This document shows, one piece after another, positions 1 to 11,851 of a stretch of 64,000 nt of DNA. The stretch comes from Entomortierella parvispora E1425. Taxonomy: Eukaryota > Fungi > Mortierellomycota. The position numbers were made by a program, and so were the translations under genes. The stretch lies in NCBI GenBank assembly GCA_020891255.1, contig BQFW01000012.1, positions 2,046,001 through 2,110,000 of the forward strand, read 5' to 3'. Every line of letters starts with the position of its first letter. Position 1 is the first letter of the stretch. The notes under the pieces were generated by a model that was not told where the DNA came from, ran no database searches, and was given only the letters and a program-made list of their open reading frames with translations.

Positions 1-525
1 TGAAGTCGTTTGAGTCCATTTTTTTTTCATTTATTTGTCAAAGCGTGTTGGATAACTTTTTAAGTGGCGTTTCGCATGATATTCGAAGGACGAAGAAAGG
101 GGCATTGAGAGTATGTAAGATATTTCTTGAGGAAATGAAAAAGGGCATTAGATAAGACGAAGAATGGGCCAGAGAAGATGGAGACCAAATGACGAGTAGG
201 GTGAAGGGGAGAGGGGGCTAGTGGAAATAAAGTGGCACTCTCTATCTATTGCGCGATGAACAAGGGGATTATGGTGGAGGGGGATGAAGGTATCATGGCA
301 GCTCATGAGCTTTAGTAGCCAGAAAGTGGACGGTACGAAACCAAAGGAGAATGATGCGAAGAAATGAAAAGGAAGGCGCGAACGGGGATGGAGAGACAGA
401 ATAGAACAGGAAAGAGAGATTGATGTTAATCGCAGTGTTTTTTTGCTTGTCAGCGCTGTCATTGTCCTCCCTCTGCCTCACTCCTCTCGCATCGATCCCT
501 CGATTGGGGGTGCCCGTCCAACAAT

Positions 526-3500
526 TTAACCAATAGTGCTTCGTGCTGCTTCATCATACAATGCTTCATACTCTGATCCGCCGGTATGTTGGACCTGCAA
601 CCGCTGCAAAGGAGGAGAGGTTCCAAGGCGGCCACCATTTTGATGCTGGTGGCCCATCATGCCGTTGCCGTTGCCGTTGCTCCGTGCTGCAATGGGCGAT
701 GACTGTTGACCAGCTGCAGGCGGGGCATCGTGAGGGAAACGAACGCGAATGCTCTCGAACATTTGAACAATCTTGGCCTCGTTTCCGTTGAAGATGTCCT
801 TGACCGTGTATCCGTCTGTAGAAACTCCGACGCGTTCCATGAACTTGAAGGCAGTCAACAAGTTCTCGAGCATTTGAAGGGTATACGTGGCATTAGGGAT
901 CCTCTTGTCAACCTGTTCGCCAGACAGGGTCTCGATCAGTCGCACGAGAACAACACCAGAGCGAAGAGACTGGGTCATGTCGCTCACAGGGCCGACTGAA
1001 TCGGGTAGGTTGCGGTTCATCCAACGGACCCACTGCTCGTGAGTCCAAGGGCCGGCTCCGCCACCATTGTGGTTCGATTGCTCATCTCCGTGCTGATGGA
1101 AAGAGTCGAGTTCGCTATCTGGCCGGAAAGACTTGCCACTGTTGTTGTGTTGTTGCTGATGGTGTTGTTGCTTCTGAGCTCCATAGCTCTCACCATCCTC
1201 ATCCCTCCAAGGATCGTCATCATTTCCATGGCCGTTTCCTCCATCAGAGTTGATAAGGCTGTGTCGCTGCTGAGAAGGTTGGACGTTCAAGTGTTGAAGG
1301 ACAGGACTTTCAGGAAGGTTTCCGTTCTGGTTATGGTAGCTTCCGTTCATTCCGTTCGTGTGGTGGTTGTTGCCATGGTTTCCATTTTGAGGCCCCTGGC
1401 GTCCATACTCGTTTTGGAGATACTCCTCTCCTTCTGAATCCTGGTCGTCATAGTCCAGAAGCTGCTGCTGTTGTTGTTGTTGTTGTTGCTGTTGCTGTTG
1501 TTGATGCTGTTGCTGTTGTGGTGGCGGCTGCTGTCTCTGGTGCTGTTGCTGCTGCTGATACTTTTGGTCGTATTGCTGCTGTTGTTGTTGCTGTTGAGGA
1601 TGCATGGGCTGTCCGTTTGGCCCCAAACCACGGTTTCTCCTGGAAGGCGAAGGAGGACGAGGAGCCATCCGTCTAGCGACGTGAAGGGGAATCGTAGGGA
1701 TATTGCTTGAGGAAATAACAGGAGCCGAGGGGTCACGACCAATTGTGACCTTCATAAGTGCCTTCAACCATCCCTTCATGTCGTGTTCGCTTTCAGTGTA
1801 GAAGTAAAAGTTTCGAAGGTCCTCATGCACCGCCTTGAAGCAGTACTTGCCAGCATAGATGTTCTCATCTTGGATAATCTTGTAGCCCACCAAATTGATG
1901 TAATCTTTGCTGGCGTTCTCCTTGGGTGAGTTCATGTAGTAGAGCGTGACACCCTTGAGCATAAACCAGCGGCTCTTCCAAGTCCGGTAAGTGTCACCTC
2001 TCTTCTTCAACCATCCTGCGTAATCGGGCTTGCCGATCATTTCCAAGGTCACCACCTTGTCGCTTGGATCTGCCTTGCCGTTCTGCTGGCGGTTAGCATC
2101 GGATGGCACGTGGGTCTTACGCTTCTGGGGCTGAGCCTGTTGTTGGTAATCATCCTCAGGGAACTGGTCCTGGTGCATCATTTCGGGACTGGTAGGTCCG
2201 TTCATCGACCGTGGGTACTGGTCCATGGGTGGTACTCCATACTGCTCCTCCTGAATAGGTCCACGCTGCTGTTGCATCTGCTGTTGTTGCTGAATACTAG
2301 GGCTGGGCATCTGAGGGGGGCGAGGGGCATTGCGTTCCCACTGGCCACGCTGTGGGTTGGAGGTGGATGAGTAGGCGGACGCAATACTCTGGCGCTGAGC
2401 TCCACGGGCAGCATGGTTATCTCCCATACTTCCTCCACTGATTGATCCCATGGTGTCAGAGCGACTCAGAGCAGCATTGCGGGCATGCATGTCATAGTCG
2501 GAATGTTGCGCCTGGTGACGCATGTTGGGAGACTGAACCGACGCCGGTGGAGACATTGGGGCAATGCGAGGGTCTTGGTGACGAGGATCGTGTCCGTATT
2601 CGCCGCCTCGAGGGTCAAAGGATGATCTAGGGCTTGGTCCTCCAGCGGAAGCCATGCGGGGGGGAATGTTGGGCCCACCTCCAAACATTGAGTTGACAGA
2701 GTTGGAGTTGGAGAGACTTCCGTATTTAGATCCATTGTCGCTCTTTGTAGAACGCTTCAAGGTGGTGATAGCATTCATGATGTTGAAACGCTTTCCAAAC
2801 GAGTTGATGTCCAGTTCCTTCAAGTTGTTCAGATTGAGTTCCAGCAGAATGGCTCCCGAAATCTCGTTGTCTGTCGCAGTAGAGGATAGTTGAATTCTTT
2901 AGCTCTTCAGGTCATGATTGAACAGAAACATATTGTAAAAAGTAGCGCTGTTTCCACTCCTTACCGACAAAGCTGGGCACTACATTGCCAAATCCACAGT
3001 AGCGGAGCCAAAATGCGACTTGGTCAATAGACCAGCTTGTGGGATGGCCGCTAAGCTGGGGCTCGGTCAAGCTGTCCTCGACAGTTTGGGCAATGACCTT
3101 GCTGTTGGAGGAGCCACCGTTCTGAGATGGTGAAGAGGCAACCCCAAAGGCTCCACGGTTTCCCCCCATAGGCGGGCTTGCAATGGTCGGGTTCTGATTA
3201 ATGTGCATGTTGCTTACGCTGTTGGCAAGAGCGTTGGCACTAAACTGGGCACCAGAGCCGTTCATGCCGTTATTGTGGTTGTTATGGTTGCCATTGTTGC
3301 CATGGAAAGGCTGGTGATCATTTGAGGTGGGTGAGTCGGGTTGGTGCTGTTGACTTTGCTGGATAGGGGAGTCTATGGTGATGCAGTAAAAGAGAGCAAA
3401 TGGGGATGGGGTTAACTAAGGTCAGGCTCTCGAGTTACGCTCTCGATGCTTTGCATGGTGCAAAAAGAGTGCTCTCAATCTTGCATGGGACGTTGGGTGG

Positions 3501-4235
3501 GTTGATGGGGTGTATGTGTATCTCCGTAGTCTGGGTGCCGTATGGTGGGATACAGGTGGTGCACGCTCACACTCAGTATCTTTATGATGCCTGTTGCTCC
3601 TTCTCCAGCGGGCACTACGTTCCTGGGACCCTGACTTGCGGCGTTTCATTCTCTGCCAACGACCAAACAATCTTTCATTCAGGGCAGCAGCGCCGTTCAG
3701 CTGTCAGCAACTAGTGCATCTGCTCCCTTTGGTCTAGAGTCTAACGCGGTGCGGACGTTGTAGAGAATCGAGCCAGGGCGAGAGCACCGAGCAAGAACCT
3801 GGGTCCTTGGCTAGTTGCAAACTAGCTCAAGACCCCGATCAGCGTTGAGCGCTCCACAGGTGAAGAGAGTCCGCTCGAATCCCTTATTCCTCATTGTTTT
3901 GCGCCGGATGAATTGTCAGTCAAAGAGAGGGTGGTTTTCTTACCAGGCACGGTGTAGTTCATGGGGAACAGGCCGGTCTGGCCACGCACGTTGGTGCCCT
4001 GTTAGCAAAAGATGGCAAGGAAGAGCGTCAATAAACATCCGAGCCAGGTGCTTTGCGCCAAGACGACCACAGGCCTCTGCTGCCTTCTTTTTTTTTTTTT
4101 TTTTCTTACCTCCCACCAGCCATCTTGGTAGAGCTCATCCTTTTGGTTGATGACAATGGGCTCGCCAATGTGGAAAGAGATTTCATCCTCGGCCTCGGCC
4201 TCGAAGTTGTGAATGGCCCAGACTGTCTCGGGCAT
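526..4235 (-). CDS. Boi1/Boi2/Pob1-like polarity scaffold (SH3-SAM-PH) with an extra C-terminal calponin-homology-like domain
   Basis: Exons 4235-4110, 3998-3944, 3372-2965, 2870-526, all GT-AG with consistent phases. SH3: VWAIHNFEAEAEDEISF...DGWWE|GTNVRGQTGLFPMNY. SAM: WSIDQVAFWL...DNEISGAILLELNLNNLKELDINSFGKRF. PH: DYAGWLKKRGDTYRTWKSRWFMLKG...MKGWLKAL. CH-like: WVRWMNRNL...DMTQSLRSGVVLVRLIETLSG...ENLLTAFKFM. Contains polyQ tracts. Confidence 0.88.
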
Positions 4236-5027
4236 GGTGCACTGTCCTTGTTTACTCTGTCAACGGGCGAGATAAGCAGGTGGGATCTGAAGACGTGATT
4301 GGGGAGGGTCAGAGCAGAGAAAACAACAGGACAACGGTTAGTCCACAGGAACAATTATGAGATCGCCCGATTGGGCAGAGGAAAGCACCAACGGTAGCAG
4401 CCACTGGACAAGGAGAAGGAGAAGGAAGAGGAGGCTTGAGGATGTTGAGGAGAAAGAGAGAGAGACGCATCCAATACGGGGATTCGTATGTTCTTTCGGG
4501 CCGAGGAAGGAAGGGAGGAAGGGAATAACGGGGGGGAATAGGAGGAATGTGTGTCTGTCTGCGTGTCTCTCTGTTCCTGAAAATGCATGCGGGGAGGAAA
4601 CTGGTTTCAATGGTGACCATGGACATGGGAGGGATCAGGGTCCATAGAGGAGTCAGGAACAAGGAGAAAAGGGAGGAATGACGCTCTGTTCAGGACAGGA
4701 CTAGGACTAGGACCAGCGAATAGCAAAGGCAAGGTCGAAAGTGAGGGTGTCCTCGGGGGAGAAACGTACTTCTGTAATAATGTAGGATAAAAGAAGAGAT
4801 AAAAACGTGCGCTCTAGGGAGATGGGAGAATGAGGCTAGGGCACAGCAGGGGAAGGGTCATCAAGATGAGGGGAAGGAGAGGAGGATGGAGGCGGATCGT
4901 AACGGAGGGAGGAAAGGTGGAGAAGGAGGGGAGGTGGGGGGGATGGAAATGAAGGAGGGGAGAAGGAAAGAAGAGAGAGAGAGGATGAGGATGAGCCAAG
5001 GGGACAGATGATGAGGTGTGCGGTGGA

Positions 5028-5115
5028 CCACTGCACACTTGAACTGCACACTGGCACACTGGCACACTTTGACTGCACACTTTGACTGCACACATACACA
5101 CACATACACACACAC
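5028..5115. repeat. Imperfect tandem repeat of TGCACAC/GGCACAC units running into a (CA)n microsatellite
   Basis: ACTGCACACTTGAACTGCACACTGGCACACTGGCACACTTTGACTGCACACTTTGACTGCACACATACACACACATACACA, read directly, upstream of the Boi-like gene. Confidence 0.8.
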
Positions 5116-5980
5116 ACAACCAACAAGAATCTCCCTTCTCTCCTAATGCAAAATGACACTCCGTCCCTGTTGTCCCACCGACTTTGTTAATCTGTTGTGG
5201 GCGTGTGGTGCGCTCTGTTCTCTCTCTCTGTCTCCCAGAGTCTGTTGTCCTCCCTCGTCCTGTTTTGACTTTCCCTCGAGGTTGTTTTCGCTCTCAGTCT
5301 TCCGGCTCCCCTCTCGCTGTCTGCTTTCTCGGCCAAGTCAGGTCTGGTGGTCTCTCTTTGATCTTCCCTTGCTCTTCCTCGGCTGTGGTCCTCTTCCCCA
5401 CCGTCTGCTGCCACTCACTTACGGCACTCTCCCTCGTTCCTTCCACCCTCCTGGTGTCCTGTAACCCCTGCTCTGGCCGGAGGGAACCGTAAATTGAACT
5501 CCATCAAAATGATAAAAAATCAAATTCGTCCTAAATCTACTTGGACCGGACCCAAATTAACGCTGTTTTCATTTCTCTTCTTGCGATAGCCTGGAAAACT
5601 TTTTGGTCGAGGGACCCCTGGACTGGAACTAATTCAATCGTCCCATCGCCCTTCTCTGTTTGGCTGGTCCATGTGAAAAGAATTTAAAAAAGCGTTATCG
5701 AATACACAAGCGTGAGCCCCACCCTCCCCTACTCTTGGTTTCCTTTGACCCATTAACCTTTCATAGGGCTAGATCGTCCTTCCTTTTGGTATGAAGAGAG
5801 TCGCGCAGCTCTCTCTTGAATGCGCGCACGCACACATGCCCAAACGAAACACATAGAGAGAGGAAGCCGCCCTGTTCACCTGTTCACGAGACACCTCAAG
5901 AGAGGACCGTGGAGAGGAGCACACTCATCTTGATATTTCTCTATCGAGGTGTGTGGTTCCAATTGCTCGCTTGGATCTCA

Positions 5981-6012
<32 letters not shown>

Positions 6013-6142
6013 CATTGTTGAACTGACAACAGACACAAGGAGGATTGCTCTCGTATCCTCGCACAAGTTTTTAATTGTCAAGGTGGCACAAAGAAGGCTG
6101 AGAGTTGGGCGAGAGCAAGGTTGAGGATTCGTCACATGATCA

Positions 6143-7130
6143 CTAAGCGCGGAGCGCACGATCGCGCTCACTGACAATGGCCGTTCGGATGCAGTCCTCC
6201 AAGCCCACCAACGAGATTTGAGCACAGTGATGAGGAGTCTCTGCACAAGTGCCATTGATCATCGATTTCATGTGGTGGATATCCTTATGTTGTATGTACA
6301 TGACAAACTTGGTACCGTCGGCTGAAGTGCAACCAAGAGACACAAAGCCCAGTCGAGCCATCAACAACATATGGATGGCGTCCTCCGGGAAATCACAATA
6401 AGTGTAATTGGGACAAGAACACTGACTGTTTTCCCTGGTACACGAGCCTAACATGTCATCAGCAACAACAACAACAACAAAAATCAGCACCGTAAGTTTA
6501 CCAAACAGTTTTACTGACCAGTGCCCTCATCAGGTTCAAAGTGCTCGTCGGCCTCGCCAATCTCTTTGTTTTTGTCAACTCCAGAGTGGCCGGAAGGAGT
6601 TCCTTCTGTGGTGGAGATACTCGAATCTCGCAGGAAAGGAATCTTTGAGACTTTTTTGAAAAAAGAAAAAGAATATTAGCATAGATAGGGTGGCAAACAT
6701 GATTTCATTCTGACAAATATTTGCACATACACTGCTTGCATCTTTTCTCGCTGTCGTACTGGATATGGGTGCCTGCAAAAACAGTTCGACTGCTGAGAAA
6801 CTCGTGGCAGTGGGTGCACCTCATCATATACACCATCCTGCCCTGCACCCTTCTCATCACAGCGAGAGCGGAAGCAGATCGTTGATCTCCGTCTGGATCC
6901 GAAAGGGTGATGACAACGTCTGTGTGTTTGTTGGTCTTGTGGTTGGCAAGGCGAGCCTCGGAGAGAAAAGTTGCTGGGCACGCATAGAGGTCGCAAGAAA
7001 AGCGCTCCACCCCTCTCTTGGAGCAAGAATCCTTGGAAGAGTCCTTGGAGGCGCCTTCACTCATCTTTTGTCTCTTCCTGCCGGTCGGGATCAATGTTGC
7101 CCGAGTGTCGCCTTCTGGAGGTAGAGCCAT
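6143..7130 (-). CDS. Uncharacterised C2H2 zinc-finger protein (~278 aa) with a further Cys/His-rich C-terminal region
   Basis: Exons 7130-6731, 6650-6519, 6447-6143 (donors GTATGT and GTCAGT; phases 1/1 join into one open frame of 837 nt). C2H2 motif FSCDLYACPATFLSEARLANHKTNKH (C-x4-C-x12-H-x4-H), a second CxxC...H (RCTHCHEFLSSRTVFAGTH), and C-terminal CSCPNYTYC...H. Confidence 0.7.
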
Positions 7131-7753
7131 CGACCTATCCTTTTTGGCTTTTGTTGACGTGAAAGAGGTGAGGTGGATTTGAGAGAGACTGGATGGGAAT
7201 GGTGGGGAGAAAGGAAAGGTATTGTAGACTTTTTTTTATTTCATGCGGTGTGATTATGCTTTTGAACTGACCAACTCCCGCGCCACCTGACAACGAATGG
7301 CACAGCTTCTCAATGAAGTGCAGCATAAAAGAAAAATGTGGACTCTCTCCGCCGCGTGTCCTTTGATCGACGGATATGTGCGTGTAATCATATAGCGAGA
7401 ATCGAGAAACACCTGGGGATCGGACGTGGACCAACGCACCCAGTGCAAACTTGGCAGATCGCTGGTGATGGTTTTGACAACTTTCTTCAGTTCCATGAGT
7501 TTTCTAATGCATAGATTTATTCGAATTGCTTGCCAGTGGCGAGTTCGCTTCGCCTAGAGGATGCATGGCTCTTGTAAAACGCGGCAAGAAAAGGTTTCCT
7601 TTTACGCGAGTTGGAGCATCTTGGAACGAAAAACCCTTGGACATTGTCAAGGGGGGGGGGGGCAGGCTTTTTGATCCGAGAGTTTGCATTCCTTCTTCTC
7701 TCCTGACTATTTTTCAACCTCTTCTCACTGTCTCCCCTCCACCATCCATAATA

Positions 7754-8182
7754 ATGATCCCAAAGGCCCTTTCGATTCTCACTGTAGCAGTGACCACACT
7801 CTTCACAGTCTCGGACGCCAGACGATTCTCACAGCGTAAAAAACAAAGAACGACTGGCACTGCATGATACAATTTGCCAAAAAATCCTTTGCCCAGCACC
7901 CCTGACTTTACTTGTTGATCTGCTCCTCCCCGCTCCTTTTCTCACGTAGCGTACGACTGCTATGTCATCTTTGGAAGCATCCAACGCTGTTACGACGGTC
8001 GTTCGAACGACCTAACGAGGTGCACCATTTCCAGTCGACTGCCCTCTGATCAGACCACGTATGAACCTCGTTCAATCGGAGGACAATCCTATGCCTTTGG
8101 CACCTCCATTGTTACTCTACAGACGGTCGAAGGAGACCCCGCCAGGATCCTTGTAGCCACCTTCCCAGGCGTGTGCGAGTAA
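7754..8182 (+). CDS. Small secreted protein, 104 aa, 4 Cys
   Basis: Exons 7754-7835 and 7950-8182 (GTAAAA...CACGTAG, phase 1). Protein MIPKALSILTVAVTTLFTVSDARRFSQPYDCYVIFGSIQRCYDGRSNDLTRCTISSRLPSDQTTYEPRSIGGQSYAFGTSIVTLQTVEGDPARILVATFPGVCE*. The N-terminus looks like a signal peptide, and exon 2 is stop-free in exactly the spliced frame. Confidence 0.65.
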
Positions 8183-8378
8183 TGACAGGGCGCCTCAAAT
8201 TACACCCACAACATGACGACAATAAAGAATAAAAAAACGCGTCCTTCTGCACAGACACGCCTTCAAGAGCACAAACAGGATCGCATTCATTCATGTTTCT
8301 TTGTGCATCAGTCCCTCATCCGTTCCATTCATCTATTCATCCTTCCATCCATTTGCAGCACCCTTGATCATTCAAACA

Positions 8379-9342
8379 ATGCTCGGCTTGTATACGCGCG
8401 CTCTTGCCAATTACCCCATTGCCACCCAGGCGTTGAGCACAGGCAAGTCAGGCCAACTCGCTATTCTCCCTTAGACCATGTTCGACCTCCGTTGCCTTTG
8501 CAGTAGCTCCAGAGGAGATGGCGTCCTAACAAAGTCCCTGCTTCTGTCGCCCTCCCTCTTCCTCCTCCATGTCCACAGGTGTTCTTTTTGGTAGCGGAGA
8601 CCTCATTGCTCAATTCTTGATCGAAGACAAGTCAAAGTCAAAGTCGTCCTGGGACATAGCCAGGACAGGTCGGATGGCGATTTTCGGTACCTGCTTTGCA
8701 GGCCCTGTTCTGCACCATTGGTACAAATTCCTGGACAAGAGGATCCGACTCTCGACACCGGGACGATCATTGTTGGGTCGTGTGGCTGTGGATCAGTTCT
8801 TGTTCGCGCCTTGCTTCATCGCCTCGTTCTTTATCGGTCAAGGACTTCTTGCTGGCCAAGATATGAAGACGATCCATGGACGGTTAGAGAAGGTAGAGTG
8901 AGGGAGTGGAGAAAATAGAGGGGAAAAAATGTCAAAACTTGAACAGACTGGAAGGTAGAAAGAACAAAAAGAAAAAGTTCAATTGGCCCAGGCATGTTGT
9001 TGTTGACCCATGGATCGCCCTTCCATTTCTCTCTTAAACACAACAGGGCTACCCAGGTGCATTGAAAAGCAACTACATGGTCTGGCCAGCAGTTCAGTGC
9101 CTGAACTTTTGGTTTGTGCCACTTCAGCATCGCCTTATGGTCGTCAACACATTTGCACTCGGTAAGAGCTCAAGGATTACGAGTTGACCGATTGAGATCC
9201 ACACAACTGCAGTATCGTTTGATGACTACCTCATACTAAACCGACCTACCGACCTCGATGACCTCTTTCAATAGGATGGAACACCTACTTGTCGCATGTC
9301 AACCAAACCTCATCCGCTAAAACAGAACCCATCAAGCAATAA
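8379..9342 (+). CDS. SYM1: Mpv17/PMP22 family protein (Sym1-like)
   Basis: Exons 8379-8442, 8579-8892, 9047-9161, 9275-9342; first intron is GC-AG. Motifs YPIATQALSTGVLFGSGDLIAQ, RTGRMAIFG...GPVLHHWY, RVAVDQFLFAP, NYMVWPAVQCLNFWFVPLQHR, GWNTYLS. Confidence 0.9.
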
Positions 9343-9560
9343 AGCAACATTTTTGTATGAATTATGAAAAAAATGTGCTTTAATAATGGGGTGGAATGGG
9401 TGTTTGGATGATTCTCATCCTTTTTTCGTCTTTCCTCAGACGCTTCTAACTTCTACTTGTGTACATGTACAAAAAAACATTTGGAGTGGGAGGTGCATTC
9501 TCCAAGTAATGAACTTCCTCCTTCCTCCCTCAGATCCTCAAGATACTAAAAAAAATTGAT

Positions 9561-11851
9561 TTAGTACTTGTAGATCTCCTCGGGCTCGCGTCCACGGAGG
9601 AAAGGAACCTCAGTTCCCTTCTGGTAGACGTGGGTGAAGAACTCGCTCATGTCGGGCTCGGGGCTGGCCTTGGACTCCTCGACGGCCAAGTCAACCTCAA
9701 CACGGGCAGCCTTGTCAATAGCCTTCATCTCGTCCTCGGTGATGATGTTGAACTCCAAGAGACGCTGCTTCAATCCAGTGATGGGGTCGTTGTTGGAACG
9801 CATGTGCTGAATCTCCTCACGGGTACGGTAAGTGGTACCGGGGTCAGACATGGAGTGACCACCATAACGGTAGGTCTCCATCTCCAACAGAAGGGGTCCC
9901 TTGCCAGAGACAGTCCACTCCTTGGCGTAGGCAACAGCCTGGTGAACAGCCAAGACATCCATGCCGTTGACCTGAAAAGAAGGGGAAAAAAGGAGAAAGA
10001 GTCAGTTGATAAGGTTCAAAAAAGTAAAAGATGGCTTCAAGATCAAAACAAAGTCGATCCAACATACCTTCAAACCGGGGATATAGTCACCACGCTTGAA
10101 GTAGCTGGTGTTGGCAGAGGAGCGGTTGGCAGCAGTTCCCATTCCGTAGCGGTTGTTCTCGCAAACAAAGACGGCGGGCAAGTCCCAGAGCTTGGCCATG
10201 TTGTAGGCCTCGAAGACCTGACCCTGGTTAGAGGCACCATCACCATAGAGGGAGAAGGTAGCGGCCTTGTGGCCGAGGTACTTCTGGGCAAAGGCAATAC
10301 CGGCGCCCAAGGGGACCTGAGCTCCGACAATACCGTTTCCTCCGAAGAAGTTGGGGGTGAACATGTGCATGGAACCTCCCTTTCCTCCAGAGATACCGGC
10401 CTTGCGTCCGAGAAGCTCGGCAAGGATGGAGGTGATGGAACCACCGCGCATGTAGGTGAATCCGTGGCAGCGGTAGGCGGTGATGATCTTGTCCTCGGCG
10501 GTCAAGGCAGTCTCCATACCGACAGCGACGGCTTCCTGTAGAGGCAAGATGCCATTGTCATCCAAGAGAAGGCGCAGGGTGAGTACGAGTGCAGACGGAG
10601 ACAGATCAGACACAGCGAGGGGCGGGCAGAGTCAAAAGCAGTGGCAACGGCCATCTCCCCTTTGTCGAAACCAAGGAAATAGAATTCACTCCCTGTCCAC
10701 ACACACAGATCACCCGCGGGAAGTTCCGCTTGGCCGCTCCACGCTGTCGAGCAGATCGGAGACCCGCCCAGTGAGCGCTGATTTGAGTTTTGTTGGGATC
10801 CTCATAATTATCGTGGCCCTTTTCTTTCCCTCTACTCTTCTCCACGCCCTCTGTCCGTGTCTTCACCCACGCCCTTGGCTGCGCGCGCCACCGCGGCGGG
10901 GCGGTGCGGTGCGGGCTAGAGGAGCCACAGACAAGGTTCTCTTTTCTCATCAATACCCTCTTCCTCACCCCCTCTTGTCGCTTCCGTGTCTTTCCTTCTT
11001 CTTTGTCCATCTTTCTATCTCTCTCTGTTGCAGCCGTCTGTTCATTACCTGACCAGTGCACAAGTGGCAGAAACCGCGGATAAGCTTGGCCTTGTAAAGA
11101 CCATCCGAGGCCATCTCCATACGTCTCATGGTGACCATGGACTTGTACATGCGGATAAGCTCCTCCTTGGAGACGTCAACCTGGAGAGAGGGGGCATCGC
11201 AGTTGTAGGACTCGAAAGAGTTCTTGTGGAGGTCAATGCTGACGTTGCGAGCGGCCGAGGTGGCGAAGGTGCGAACGGTCTAAAGAAAAAGAAAAAGTCA
11301 AGATAGACAGGAATGCACGCACGTTAGACGTTTGGATCCCAACATCTGCAGAGATCGGCTGCAAAAAAAGGAGTTTGCAGCCGTGAAGATCTATCATCCG
11401 TCTCGGAAGTTGAAAGCACGGAAAGGGAGGATAGCGGATCAAGGAACAAGACGGCAGAGCGATAATCGAGCTGGGCGGTGGCTGGACTTGAAGTATATCT
11501 CTATCGCCCTCACTCCGTTTGAAAAATAATAACAAAACGAAGACGGTCTGACGATGGGCCTGATCATTCCTGTAGGTCGATCAGCACAACAAGAGTCCAT
11601 TGACGTGTGTCCAGGAGCGTGAATCCTATGTCGTCGACTCCATTGAGACTGATTGACCTTGACAAAAGGTCAATGTTGGTTGTTGGGGGCGGGTGCACTG
11701 TGTTTGTTGGGTGGGTCGAGCGGTGCCAAAAAAAGAGAGCAGGACGCAAATTGGACAAGAGGAGCAGTGCAGGTGCAGGGGTTATTACCAAGGGGGAGAT
11801 GAAGGCCTTGGCGGCAACCTTGGCGAGGCTGATCTTCTGGGAGGACAACAT
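9561..11851 (-). CDS. PDA1: Pyruvate dehydrogenase E1 alpha subunit, mitochondrial
   Basis: Exons 11851-11789, 11279-11049, 10535-10068, 9971-9561. Motifs [11 protein letters not shown]|[38 protein letters not shown] (TPP-binding), [27 protein letters not shown] (phospho-loop). Basic/hydroxylated presequence. Confidence 0.97.

Noticed and set aside
3840-3895. ATGAGGA...CTGA on the minus strand of the Boi intron, resembling a C/D snoRNA
   Set aside because: Non-canonical C box, too short, no terminal stem, and no rRNA-complementary guide I could recognise.
5986-6012. Long poly(T) run downstream of the zinc-finger gene, suggesting a retro-insertion tail
   Set aside because: The gene has introns, no TSD is visible, and similar homopolymers are common in this window (for example 50566-50594 and about 60350-60381).
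9630-10541. 303-aa plus-strand ORF
   Set aside because: Exact antisense shadow of the strongly codon-biased PDA1 exons; no motifs of its own.
11514-11572. Internal AG and GTGAGG in PDA1 intron 1 as a possible poison exon
   Set aside because: No pyrimidine tract and a weak donor; compatible with chance.
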